The notes beneath the pieces are model-generated. The model was not told the DNA's origin, ran no database searches, and saw only the letters and a program-made list of their open reading frames with translations. Source: Candidatus Melainabacteria bacterium 17Bon1m (GTDB lineage Bacteria; Cyanobacteriota; Vampirovibrionia; Obscuribacterales; Obscuribacteraceae). Taken from it: a stretch of DNA of 64,000 nt. Location of the stretch: positions 64,001 to 128,000 of the forward strand of contig JAVLKG010000004.1 in NCBI GenBank assembly GCA_032128875.1, in the 5' to 3' direction. The first letter of the stretch is position 1. Every line of letters begins with the position of its first letter. This document shows positions 28,226 to 37,891 of this stretch, piece by piece. Both the position numbers and the translations under genes were made by a program.

Positions 28226-31063
28226 TCATGCAGGAGTATCTTTATCTAGGCTCCTTTCGGGCTTTTCACTTTCTTTGAGGCTGTTCAAGACAGCGATAAA
28301 AATGTCGACGAGAAATGGATCGAATTGGCTGCCCGCGCCTTCACGCAGAGACTGAATTGCACGCTCCGTAGACATCGCAGGTCTGTAGGGGCGATCGGAA
28401 ATCATGGCGTGATAACTTTCAACGATGTGAATGATTCTAGCGGCAAGTGGAATTTCCTCGCCACTCATACCGTTGGGATAGCCTGTTCCGTCCCAGCGCT
28501 CATGGTGGTGTTCCAAAATTTCGCAAACATCTCGCAAGGCTCGAATCGGCCGCAGCAACTGCGCACCAAGAATCGGGTGCTGTTTGATAATCTCTTTTTC
28601 TTCTTGCGTGTAGACGCCGTCTTTTTGCATCAAGTCCTGCGGAATAGACAATGTGCCGACATCGTGCAACAAACCGGCAACGCGAATTTGCTCGACTTGT
28701 TGCTGCGACAGACCCATGACCTTCGCAAGCAATTCCGAGAGTCGCGCAGTTTCTAAATGGTGGACTTTGTTGTATTCAGACTTCGAGTATAGTGTCGAAG
28801 CCAGCGCTTTGACCATCTCGACGACTTCTGGAACGAGTTCTTCTTTATCTTCGACGCCAGGTGGCACCGGAGGTGGTACGAAATTGGTTGGTTTGTACAC
28901 CGGCTGAACGACTTCTTGCTTCGCGTGTTCAGCTTGTTCTATGGCGATGAGATTGTCTTGATTGAGATCGTTGGCAGCATGAACCTGGTTTCGTCCCAAT
29001 CGTTTGGACAAATAAAGTGATTTGTCCGCTAGGTCGAGGAGCGCTTGCTGACTTTGCGCATGCTCAGGAAATGATGCGATACCCATCGATGCTGTCACAC
29101 TGATTTCAATGTCATCGTGATGAACGACCTCAGCGAGCAAGCTACGCCTGATACGCTCCGCAACGACAATGGCGCCTTCTGTATTTACTTCCGGAAGTAC
29201 AAGGAGAAATTCTTCTCCGCCATAACGCACTGGAATGTCTACATCCCGGCAATCATTTTTGATGATACTTGCTACCGAACGCAAAACGGCATCACCAGCC
29301 GGATGCCCATAATTATCGTTGATTGACTTAAAGTGGTCGACGTCGATCATTACGACCGACACATTACGCTGATAGCGCTCAGCCACTCTTAGCTGTTCCG
29401 CCAACTTCTCTTGACCGGTGCGGTGATTGTACAAAGTGGTCAAACCATCTGTGGTGGCTTGTCGTTGAACTCTCGCGTACAAACGAGCGTTCATAACACC
29501 AGACGCAACCTGATCTGCAACTGATTTTAAGAATGTTTCGTTATCCGGAACCCAGTGTGCGACTCTCTCGCATCTAAATCCGCCGAGCAGTCCCAATAGT
29601 TTTTGCTCATATGTGACAGGTATGAGGAACATCGAAAGAATAGGAACAGACGTGAGGTTTTGCTCGCGGAAAGGCGCGAATTTTCTGTCTGTTTCTGCGT
29701 CATTGCAGACCAACGCTTGCTCGACCTGGTAGTGCTTCTTGAAGATTTCCAGACATTTTATGTCACTGTTTGAACTAATTATGCTGAAGTCGGTCTCGGT
29801 TGTGTACTCAGCTCGTATTGAGTCTTGCGGCTCTTCTTCGCTGGGCAAAACAACAAAGCAACAATCCAGTTCTCTCCACCCGGCCAGTTCTTCCAGCATG
29901 TCGCGAAGATTGGCATTGATGTCGAAAGAACGTCTAATAGTGTTGCTTATGCGATGAAGGAGGTTGTCCTGGTTGCGCAGAAGCTCTGAATCAGATTTCG
30001 CCTTTTGATAATTCGCAGCTTTGATTTGTTCTTCAGCTTTGTCTTTGTGCAGTTTTTCGGTTGCTTCTTCGAGTCTTTGCGCATAATCGTCGAGGAGTTG
30101 CAGTTGCGATGCCAATTCTTTTTCAATGCGACGATGCTTGAGTGACGATTTGACGCGCGCCAACAATTCAGCGTCAGGGCAAGTATCCGAAAGGCAGTCA
30201 TCTGCGCCGGCTTTGAAGCCTTCAATACGCGAGCCGGCATTTGGATCGTTAGACAGTCCGTCGGCAGTGATCAAAATCACCGGCACTTGTTTCCACTGCT
30301 CAGATTCCTTGAGAACAGAGCAGAATGAATATCCTGAAGTGCCTTGAATATCAGCATCAAGCAAGATGAGGTCGATGCGATTTTGGTGCAATAACTCCAT
30401 TGCCTTGTCGCTGCTTTCAGCTTCCAAAAGCTGATAACGATTGCCGAGAACACGCGAATAACGACGGCGCGAAAGTCTATTGGAATGTGCGACCAGGACG
30501 GTGTCCTTTTGAGTGAAACTGTCAGCGACCTCTTCTTCCTCTTCCGGAGCGAGCATATCAATTGCGTTGGGAAGCTTGCTAGTGATGTGTTCGCCAAGCC
30601 GTTTTAAGGTGGAAACATCTTGCGCTGTGATTTCTTTTGAACTGTCAAACGAAATCACACGAATCAGCCCGCGGTGAATACCGCTGCCGAATACCGGATT
30701 TTCCATCATCGGCACGATTACATATGGATAGCCTTCCGGGTCGTCAGATTCGTCTTTGTTCTTGTTGAACGCTCTGCCTACCCATGGTGATTGCGTATGT
30801 GTAACTTTTTGTGCGAGGTGGGTGTTTGCCACCGTCAGTGGTTGCTGATGCTCGTCGTGAAGCTGTTCGACTATCTGCCGCGCCTCGACGTCATCTTCGG
30901 CGGCAGAGAATGTGTAGACATTGAGAAGATCGTGCTGCCTGCTCAAGTCGATAAATCCATAATCGAATCCGAGAATGTGGCAAATATGCCGTTTGACCGC
31001 GTCAAAGAATTCCTCTTTGGGAGGAAGTTTTGCGTCTTGTGAAATGCTTTCCGTGCCGGTCAC
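28226..31063 (-). CDS. REC-GAF-GGDEF-HD-GYP cyclic-di-GMP turnover protein
   Basis: RDVD...RYGGEEF, LLHDVG, HHERWDGTGYP, REC-like LILLDAD. Confidence 0.92.
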   Translation of the reverse strand: MTGTESISQDAKLPPKEEFFDAVKRHICHILGFDYGFIDLSRQHDLLNVYTFSAAEDDVEARQIVEQLHDEHQQPLTVANTHLAQKVTHTQSPWVGRAFNKNKDESDDPEGYPYVIVPMMENPVFGSGIHRGLIRVISFDSSKEITAQDVSTLKRLGEHITSKLPNAIDMLAPEEEEEVADSFTQKDTVLVAHSNRLSRRRYSRVLGNRYQLLEAESSDKAMELLHQNRIDLILLDADIQGTSGYSFCSVLKESEQWKQVPVILITADGLSNDPNAGSRIEGFKAGADDCLSDTCPDAELLARVKSSLKHRRIEKELASQLQLLDDYAQRLEEATEKLHKDKAEEQIKAANYQKAKSDSELLRNQDNLLHRISNTIRRSFDINANLRDMLEELAGWRELDCCFVVLPSEEEPQDSIRAEYTTETDFSIISSNSDIKCLEIFKKHYQVEQALVCNDAETDRKFAPFREQNLTSVPILSMFLIPVTYEQKLLGLLGGFRCERVAHWVPDNETFLKSVADQVASGVMNARLYARVQRQATTDGLTTLYNHRTGQEKLAEQLRVAERYQRNVSVVMIDVDHFKSINDNYGHPAGDAVLRSVASIIKNDCRDVDIPVRYGGEEFLLVLPEVNTEGAIVVAERIRRSLLAEVVHHDDIEISVTASMGIASFPEHAQSQQALLDLADKSLYLSKRLGRNQVHAANDLNQDNLIAIEQAEHAKQEVVQPVYKPTNFVPPPVPPGVEDKEELVPEVVEMVKALASTLYSKSEYNKVHHLETARLSELLAKVMGLSQQQVEQIRVAGLLHDVGTLSIPQDLMQKDGVYTQEEKEIIKQHPILGAQLLRPIRALRDVCEILEHHHERWDGTGYPNGMSGEEIPLAARIIHIVESYHAMISDRPYRPAMSTERAIQSLREGAGSQFDPFLVDIFIAVLNSLKESEKPERSLDKDTPA

Positions 31064-31271
31064 TTTTAGCGGATACGAACGAAATTAAACGAGTTGTAAA
31101 ACGAGTCAGGGCCCACAATTTGAGTCTAACAGATGCAGCAATTTAGGAACAAGACGCAGGCGCCTTGCACCTAATCAAGAGTTATATGCCCGGTGGGTGG
31201 AAGGCTAACCTTTGCCAGAAGTACCGTCCAAATTAGGGTTTGGGGCTCAACGCTTGGTATGCCGAGGGCAA

Positions 31272-33227
31272 TTAATGCTTGCAATTGCCAACCAGTTCAT
31301 TGGCACGAGATGCCATGAAGAATTTGCGCCACCACCACTGGAATTGAAGAATTGTCCACAATTCTTTGCGTCTGTCCGCAACTCCGTCATCATGCTGTTT
31401 AAGAAGCGCCCTTACATATTCTGGCTGGAAGATACCTTGCTGGCGCAGGAATGCATCATCCAAAAGTTCGTCGACGATGGGGCGAAACTCAGCCTTGAGC
31501 CACTTGCCGACCGGAATACCGAAGCCTTTCTTCGGACGCTTGAGTATATACTCCGGCAATAGAGGCGCTACCGTCTTTCTCAAAAGGAGCTTGGTATTTG
31601 TGTGGCTCAACTTCATGGAAGTGGGCAGGGAGAGCGCAAATTCAACCAGTGGATAGGCAAGGAAAGGCAGGCGAACCTCAAGAGAGGCAGCCATAGACGC
31701 TCTGTCGGATTTTACGAGCAGATCGTCCGGCAAGTATGTGCTCAAATCTAAGCGCATAGCCGCTTCAGCGACATCTCTTCCTGTCGAGGAAGGCATAAGT
31801 ACACGTTCAAAACCTGGCGAATCGAAAAGTTCTTCTTCATTTTCCGAAAGGTTACCGGCACGTGCCATCGCGTAGATTTCGGGATTGAGCAACCCGGTGT
31901 GTTCTTTGACCGGAATCGAACCCATCCAGCGCAGGTGACGGCGCATGGGCGGCTCGTCGACAGCAGAAAGAAACTTTTTGACTTTGAAGTCAAAGCTCAA
32001 ATTGTTCAGCGAAACAGGCAGTTTCATCAATGCCGGTTCGATGAAATTGCGCCGCAGCGGACCCGGAACAGTCCGCCAGAGCGCTGCCATCCGGTGCGCC
32101 TGGTAGGTCGGGTAACCGCCAAAAAGCTCGTCTCCGCCCTCTCCAGCCAACGCTACGGTGACATCTTGCTTTGTCATTTTCGAAAGGAAGAAAGTTGGGA
32201 CTATGGAAGCGTCGGCGATTGGCTCGTCCAGATAATTCCAAAGCTCGGTCATGGTCTCGAAAGCAAGGTCAGGCTTGAAAGTGACGACTTTGTGGTCGCT
32301 TACTATATGCTTAGACACTGCCAAAGCGTGCTCGGACTCATCGAAAGAGCGGTCGGCAAAGCCGATAGAAAACGTCTTGATCGGCCGCCCGGTAATTTTT
32401 GTGGCGATTGCAGCAATGCCCGAAGAATCGATACCGCCCGAAAGGAAGATACCCAGCGGGACATCGGAGATCAGGCGCAATTCGATGGAGCGCTTGAGCA
32501 GTTCCATTAAGCGCTCGGAAGCTTCTTGCTCATTGAGCTTTGTCGGCTCAGGCTTCGGATTCCAATAGTTTTTAATTGAAACTTGTCCGTTTTCAACAAT
32601 CAGATAATGCGCCGGCATCAGCTTGTTGATGCCTTTAAAAATTGAACTCGGAGCCGGCACGTATTCCAGTGCCAGGTACTTCATAAGGGCTGCGGGATTG
32701 AGTTCACGGCTCACCTTGGGGTGTGCGAGCAAGCCTTTGATTTCCGAGCCGAATACAAACTGTCCGTCGAAAATGCCCCAGTGAAGAGGTTTTTCGCCCA
32801 TTCTGTCTCTAGCAATGAAGAGTCTTTGCTTGGCTCTGTCCCAAATTGCAAAGGCGAACATGCCCTCCAGGTGCTGCAAGCAGTCCACTCCGTACTCTTC
32901 GTACAAATGGACAATCGACTCTGTATCACTGGAAGTTTTGAACTTGTGACCCTTGGCCAGCAAGTGTTCGCGGATTTCTTTGTAGTTGTAGATTTCGCCA
33001 TTAAAGACAATCCAGGCGCTTTCGTCTGAGTTTGGAATTGGCTGCTGGCCCGTCGAGAGGTCGATGATGCTCAATCTGGTCATGCCAAGAGCAGCAGAAT
33101 CAATGACTATCGAGCCTTGTTCGTCTGGTCCTCGATGGAATATCGAGTGGCACATGGCGCCGATTTGCTCTTTCGAGCCATCCAGCTTTTCGTTGTTGAG
33201 GTTGAGATAGCCTACGATTCCGCACAC
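31272..33227 (-). CDS. asnB: Asparagine synthase (glutamine-hydrolyzing) family amidotransferase
   Basis: GTG start gives N-terminal (M)CGIVG; HRGPD, RLSIID, FNGEIYN, LSGGIDSS, GEGGDELFGGY. Confidence 0.94.
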   Translation of the reverse strand: MCGIVGYLNLNNEKLDGSKEQIGAMCHSIFHRGPDEQGSIVIDSAALGMTRLSIIDLSTGQQPIPNSDESAWIVFNGEIYNYKEIREHLLAKGHKFKTSSDTESIVHLYEEYGVDCLQHLEGMFAFAIWDRAKQRLFIARDRMGEKPLHWGIFDGQFVFGSEIKGLLAHPKVSRELNPAALMKYLALEYVPAPSSIFKGINKLMPAHYLIVENGQVSIKNYWNPKPEPTKLNEQEASERLMELLKRSIELRLISDVPLGIFLSGGIDSSGIAAIATKITGRPIKTFSIGFADRSFDESEHALAVSKHIVSDHKVVTFKPDLAFETMTELWNYLDEPIADASIVPTFFLSKMTKQDVTVALAGEGGDELFGGYPTYQAHRMAALWRTVPGPLRRNFIEPALMKLPVSLNNLSFDFKVKKFLSAVDEPPMRRHLRWMGSIPVKEHTGLLNPEIYAMARAGNLSENEEELFDSPGFERVLMPSSTGRDVAEAAMRLDLSTYLPDDLLVKSDRASMAASLEVRLPFLAYPLVEFALSLPTSMKLSHTNTKLLLRKTVAPLLPEYILKRPKKGFGIPVGKWLKAEFRPIVDELLDDAFLRQQGIFQPEYVRALLKQHDDGVADRRKELWTILQFQWWWRKFFMASRANELVGNCKH

Positions 33228-33538
33228 GTTTGTTTCCGCCCGTTTGTCTGGATTTGCCGTTAGTGGCTGTTTTGCCACCGCCATATTGTCCCTTGTGAGA
33301 GCAAATATGGCATTAGACGGGCTTTCAGCAACAAGTTTCGTTTATTAAATGTCTGAAAGCGCCAGAGTACTAGCATTTGCGAGAATGTGCCTATATCGGG
33401 TACATATGTATTATCGGCGCCGAGATTTAATCTTTTCTGGGCTCGAAATTTTGAACTTTTTTGTCACTGGATACGTATTCAAAGATATGACCCCCCTGAC
33501 GGGCATGTATCCCTTCCACATCTGGAGCCAGTCAGTTG

Positions 33539-34606
33539 ATGAAACGAAATCTCTTAAGCCTGGCTGCGTTGGCGCTTCTAGCGATACCGCAAGCTAATGC
33601 TGTGCCCTTGATTAAGGGCGATGAGGCCTCTTACCGAGTAAGAGAGCTCTCTACAGGAATGAATTGGTACACCAATCTGCCGATGGCGCTTCAAGAAGGC
33701 GCACGTACCGGCAAGCTTGTTGTTTGGATTCATATGTTGGGCAAAATCGACGGCGCCACTTGAAGTGCCGGAAATTCGCTGAGAGCCGTGTCGCTCTCGC
33801 AGGAACCAGCTTTCTCTTATTTGAAAGATAATTTTGTAGTCGGATACAAGGACATTACCGGTGCATCGTATGCAGGTGTGTCCGGGGTCCACATGCCCAC
33901 CGGCAATGCGGTGAGCACGACCAACGGTGCGGGTCCGCATAACTTGCAGACATTTGTTCTTGCACCTGATGGCACTGTTATGACTTGCCTGCCTGGCTAT
34001 TGGTCGCCACAGGATTTGGTCTCTGAGCTAAAACTCGGACAAGATATCTACAAAGTCTGGAATGACAGATATTTGTCGAAAGCTGAAAAGGACGCACGCT
34101 TCCGGCAGATGCAGCAAGATCATTTCCGCACCCATTCGCCTCAAGAGCAAAGAAGAAGCCGCATGCAAGGTTTTGACATGAAGTACGAAGCGAAAAATCG
34201 TTTGCAGACTTCAGATTGCATTCTTGATTCTCGAATGGCCAGCGTTGTTCTGCAAAAGGGCATGAAAGCACCACCGGGCGCATTCAAGACAACAGATCAA
34301 ATCATGCACGACCGCATGAGCCAAAGACCGTTTTTAAACTACCAAAATTTTGATGTGGTTGCATACACGGACTACGGCAGACCCTTCTACAACAAGAATG
34401 AGGACCAGCGCACTGCCAGTGGTGAGGTCAATAAAGATCTCGCAAGAGCGCAGCCTCTTATGGGGAATGTCAATGAATTGCCCGGAGCTGCCAAACGAGC
34501 ACGCAGACAGCAACGGCAACAAATGGCCGGCTCAAGGATGATGAATCGCGCCGGCGGCTATCTTGCAAGAAGAGGAGTTCAGACTTTCGTGCGCGCAATG
34601 CGCTAG
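33539..34606 (+). CDS. Predicted exported selenoprotein with thioredoxin-like (selenoprotein N-like) core; in-frame TGA at 33761-33763
   Basis: ORFs 33536-33763 and 33788-34606 are in the same frame, separated only by one TGA. Read-through gives GKLVVWIHMLGKIDGAT-U-SAGNSLRAVSLSQEPAFSYLKDNFV; signal peptide and downstream hairpin present. Confidence 0.78.
33775..33805 (+). promoter_or_regulatory. Candidate bacterial SECIS element
   Basis: TTCGCTGAGAGC-CGTGTC-GCTCTCGCAGGAA; loop starts 24 nt after the UGA with G at loop position 2. Confidence 0.65.
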
Positions 34607-34613
34607 CTACACC

Positions 34614-34662
34614 GTAGGGTGGCATATATGCCGCCCTGTGCAGGGAGCCGCATGCGGCTCCC
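34614..34662. repeat. REP doublet
   Basis: GTAGGGTGGCATATATGCCGCCC followed by GGGAGCCGCATGCGGCTCCC. Confidence 0.85.
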
Positions 34663-34706
34663 TTTCGCGTGCAACGAAATGCCGTCATTTGTTAGACTAT
34701 CTAGCT

Positions 34707-35288
34707 GTGAGCGTTCGTACGAAACTAACTAGAGATTTCTTTGCGCGGCCGACTGTTGAGGTGGCGCCGGAACTGCTCGGCATTACTTTGGTCAGGAAAA
34801 TGCCTGACGGAAGTGAAGTACGTGCGCCCATTGTTGAGGTCGAAGCATATACCGAAGACGACCCGGCCTGCCACGCTTATCGCGGGCTAACCGAACGGTG
34901 CAGAGTAATGTTTGGTCCTCCGGGATTTTCGTATGTTTACTTCATTTACGGCATGTATTTTTGCTTGAATGTTGTCACTGAGGTCGAAGGTACTCCCGGA
35001 GCAATTTTGATTAGAGCGCTGGGAGCCCCTGGTTGTGAGGGGCCGGGAAAGCTCTGCAGACAATGGGAAATAGACCGTTCTTTGAATGCGATTGATTTGC
35101 TTGATCCGAATTCTCCAATTTATTTAGAAGCCGGCACCAAATACAGTGCAAGACAAATTAGTGTTACTGAGCGCATTGGGCTTACCGTCGCGACAGAAAG
35201 GCTCTGGCGATTTTTTGTGACAGATCATCCCCACGTCTCTGGAAAGCGTAGTGGCACACGTTCGCGTAAATCGGTGGCGAAGCGATGA
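34707..35288 (+). CDS. DNA-3-methyladenine glycosylase (MPG/AAG family)
   Basis: FFARPTVEVAPELLG, IVEVEAY...DPACH, YVYFIYGMY, GPGKLC; start taken at GTG 34707. Confidence 0.93.
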   Translation: MSVRTKLTRDFFARPTVEVAPELLGITLVRKMPDGSEVRAPIVEVEAYTEDDPACHAYRGLTERCRVMFGPPGFSYVYFIYGMYFCLNVVTEVEGTPGAILIRALGAPGCEGPGKLCRQWEIDRSLNAIDLLDPNSPIYLEAGTKYSARQISVTERIGLTVATERLWRFFVTDHPHVSGKRSGTRSRKSVAKR

Positions 35289-35710
35289 CAGCATTGCCAA
35301 CAACTAGTCTCCGCAAACCAGTGATTGCATGGGCCGCTGTTGCCGTCTGGATCATTGTGATTTTTCTTTTTTCGCATCAGGCCAATTCTGGCGCAATTAC
35401 TGAAACGTACCTGCATGATGCGAATGTTCCAATTCGCAAGCTTGCGCATCTTACAGAATATGCCGTTCTCTTCTGTCTGAGCCGTTTTGCTCTGTCACAA
35501 AGCGCTTTTTCTTCGACTTGGGGAAACACGCGCTTGAGCATTGGCGCTTACGTGTTTACGCTTGCCAATGCGCTATTTGATGAGTGGCATCAGTCGTTTG
35601 TACCAGGACGAAGTGCGACGCTGTCGGACGCCACCGTTGACATGTGCGGCGCAATGCTTGCGTGGGTTGCGATTTACATTCTTCTCAAAGTGAAGAGTTC
35701 TCGCCGCTAG
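35285..35710 (+). CDS. VanZ family membrane protein
   Basis: IFLFSHQ, RKLAHLTEYAVL, DEWHQSFVPGR...D. Confidence 0.9.
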   Translation: MTALPTTSLRKPVIAWAAVAVWIIVIFLFSHQANSGAITETYLHDANVPIRKLAHLTEYAVLFCLSRFALSQSAFSSTWGNTRLSIGAYVFTLANALFDEWHQSFVPGRSATLSDATVDMCGAMLAWVAIYILLKVKSSRR

Positions 35711-35843
35711 CAAAAACACTCTCGGCAACAGCTTTCGCAAGTTTTGCAGGACTTGAAGCATTTCAACTAACACTAGTCTCATTGACGCATGTGAAATGAG
35801 AAAGCTAAACTATTGAACTGTTTTTGTGCGTGGGGACTGAAGT

Positions 35844-36785
35844 ATGGAATCAATGGAAGCCGGAAAGTTGGCGATCGTTTTTCCCGGGCATGGCGCTCAT
35901 GAACCAAACATGCTTGATGGGTTGATTCCGAACAAGAAGTTTGATGATTACTATGCCTGTATCGTTGATGCCATTGGATTTGCACCACTGGAAGCTATGC
36001 AGCGAGATCCTTGCCTGGTCAACAGTCATTCGTTAAGCACACTTTTGACTATGTTAGCGAGTGCGCTTTCTTATCTGAAATTCGTCGAAGTGCAAGGAAT
36101 GTTGCCCGATTACTTAGCCGGTTATAGCATCGGCGAATTCACTGCATTGCATGCTGCTGGATGCTTTGATTTTGCGCATCTTGTCTCACTTATTAAAGTC
36201 CGCTCTTCAATCATCGATGAGACATTACAGACGACACCCGGCTCGATGTTAGGCATTGTCGGGACAGGTCTTGCCGCAGTCGAGACGGTGGTCAACGAAC
36301 TCACATCCGAAGGGCACCAGATTTACATAAGTAATTACAATTGCGCAGGTCAGTATTCGCTGTCAGGCAGCCATGAAGGAATAAAGGAAGCTTTAGTCAG
36401 ATTGGCTGTTCTAAAGCCAAAGCGTTTGTTGGAACTGCCCGTCGCCGGGCCGTGGCACTGCCCACTATTGTCTGAAGCACAGTTGAAGATCGCTGAGCAT
36501 TTGCGCAGATGTGATTGGAAAGAGCCACAAATACCGGTAATCGATAATGTTACTGGTGAATTGCTGCCCAAGGATGTTGCGGGCATCAAAGAACAAGTCA
36601 TAAAGCAGGTTACCGCTCCTGTTAAGTGGGACACAGGCATCAAGACACTGGTCAAACTCGGATGCAATCGCTTCGTTGAAGTGGGATATGGAAATGTTTT
36701 GACTAAATTCGGATTTTTCATCGATCGAAATGCCGATTTCTCTCACTACTACGGAGACGATCGAGTGGAGACTGCCTCAGTCTAG
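35844..36785 (+). CDS. FabD-like ACP S-acyltransferase (divergent)
   Basis: VFPGHG, GYSIGEFTAL, NYN...Q, LPVAGPWH, FVEVG.G.VL. Confidence 0.85.
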   Translation: MESMEAGKLAIVFPGHGAHEPNMLDGLIPNKKFDDYYACIVDAIGFAPLEAMQRDPCLVNSHSLSTLLTMLASALSYLKFVEVQGMLPDYLAGYSIGEFTALHAAGCFDFAHLVSLIKVRSSIIDETLQTTPGSMLGIVGTGLAAVETVVNELTSEGHQIYISNYNCAGQYSLSGSHEGIKEALVRLAVLKPKRLLELPVAGPWHCPLLSEAQLKIAEHLRRCDWKEPQIPVIDNVTGELLPKDVAGIKEQVIKQVTAPVKWDTGIKTLVKLGCNRFVEVGYGNVLTKFGFFIDRNADFSHYYGDDRVETASV

Positions 36786-36824
36786 GAATTCACTATCTTT
36801 TAGCTGCATTGGAGAGAAATAGCT

Positions 36825-37622
36825 GTGTCAGTCATTCAGACTTATTCAAAGTTGGCATCAAAGTATGAAAGTCGTGAAAATCTCACCTCTCTTTGGGGAA
36901 AGATCACCGAGCGGACATTTTGCGCATTGCAGCTCAAAGAAAAACCAACATTGGTGGTAGAGGTTGGCTGCGGACCGGGGCTGGAACTCGCGAGTTTGGT
37001 CGAGTCGAGCAACGTCGATGTTCAATTTATTGGTGTAGAGCCTGCAGAAAATTTGCGCATTAGCGCTAATGAAAAACTGAAAGCATTTAGTAATGCCGAA
37101 GTGCTGGATGGAAAGTTTGAAGAGCTACCCTTGAAGTCGGCTTCAGTAGACCATCTCTACAGCATCCTTGCTTTTCACTGGACCAAGGATTTGCATAAAT
37201 CCGTACAAGAACTCGCCAGAGTATTGAAGCCCGACGGCCACATGGATCTGCTCTTTATTGGCAAAGATGCCGGCAAAGATTTTTTGAAAAAGATATCTCC
37301 TATCTATTTCAAAAAACTTTCTGCCAGGCAAGTCTTGGACATGGCGTCCGAAAGGCAGCGCCTGACTGCAGAAGAAGTAGAAGAAGCGTTTCGTCCATTT
37401 TTCGCTGATCGGAAATTGGAGATAAAGGAGACGTTTGAGACCTTCTACGACACACTGGAAGGGCATTGGAGTTGGTGGTGTCGTATTGAAGGGCAGTTTG
37501 CCACCATGTCTGCTGAGACACGAAAAGAGTGTGATGATGCAGCTCGTGAGGCTCTCAAGTCGTTGGAAACAGTAGACGGAATTCCTTATACCGCACATCT
37601 TTTCCACGTCAGCGTTAGATAG
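36825..37622 (+). CDS. Class I SAM-dependent methyltransferase
   Basis: VVEVGCGPG motif I, AFHW, RVLKPDG. Confidence 0.88.
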   Translation: MSVIQTYSKLASKYESRENLTSLWGKITERTFCALQLKEKPTLVVEVGCGPGLELASLVESSNVDVQFIGVEPAENLRISANEKLKAFSNAEVLDGKFEELPLKSASVDHLYSILAFHWTKDLHKSVQELARVLKPDGHMDLLFIGKDAGKDFLKKISPIYFKKLSARQVLDMASERQRLTAEEVEEAFRPFFADRKLEIKETFETFYDTLEGHWSWWCRIEGQFATMSAETRKECDDAAREALKSLETVDGIPYTAHLFHVSVR

Positions 37623-37891
37623 AAAGTCCAGCGACAGAAAGCGAAGCATTAGAATGCGGAGCGTTGGAGCGATGCTATGTATCGCTCGGTTTTAATCCGA
37701 CGGGTAATTGTCGATTATCTCTGTTCTAGGCCCCCTCGTATCGCCCGATCGGGTGATCTCTGCAGCATAAATGCCAGCTACAAACATTTCACTATTCAAG
37801 AGATATTCTGTCGTTTTTGCGAGGAACAAACCATTTAGGAACTACGAGAATCTTTCTGCCAATTTTTGAACGAAGGCGTTCAGGGGGGCGT

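Noticed and set aside
33228-33284. N-terminal extension of AsnB
   Set aside because: Ntn amidotransferases need Cys at the mature N-terminus; GTG at 33227 provides this
33761-33763. Genome-wide TGA reassignment (code 4/25)
   Set aside because: TGA ends other genes at expected positions (e.g. 3015-3017, 8929-8931) and no conserved gene has an internal TGA
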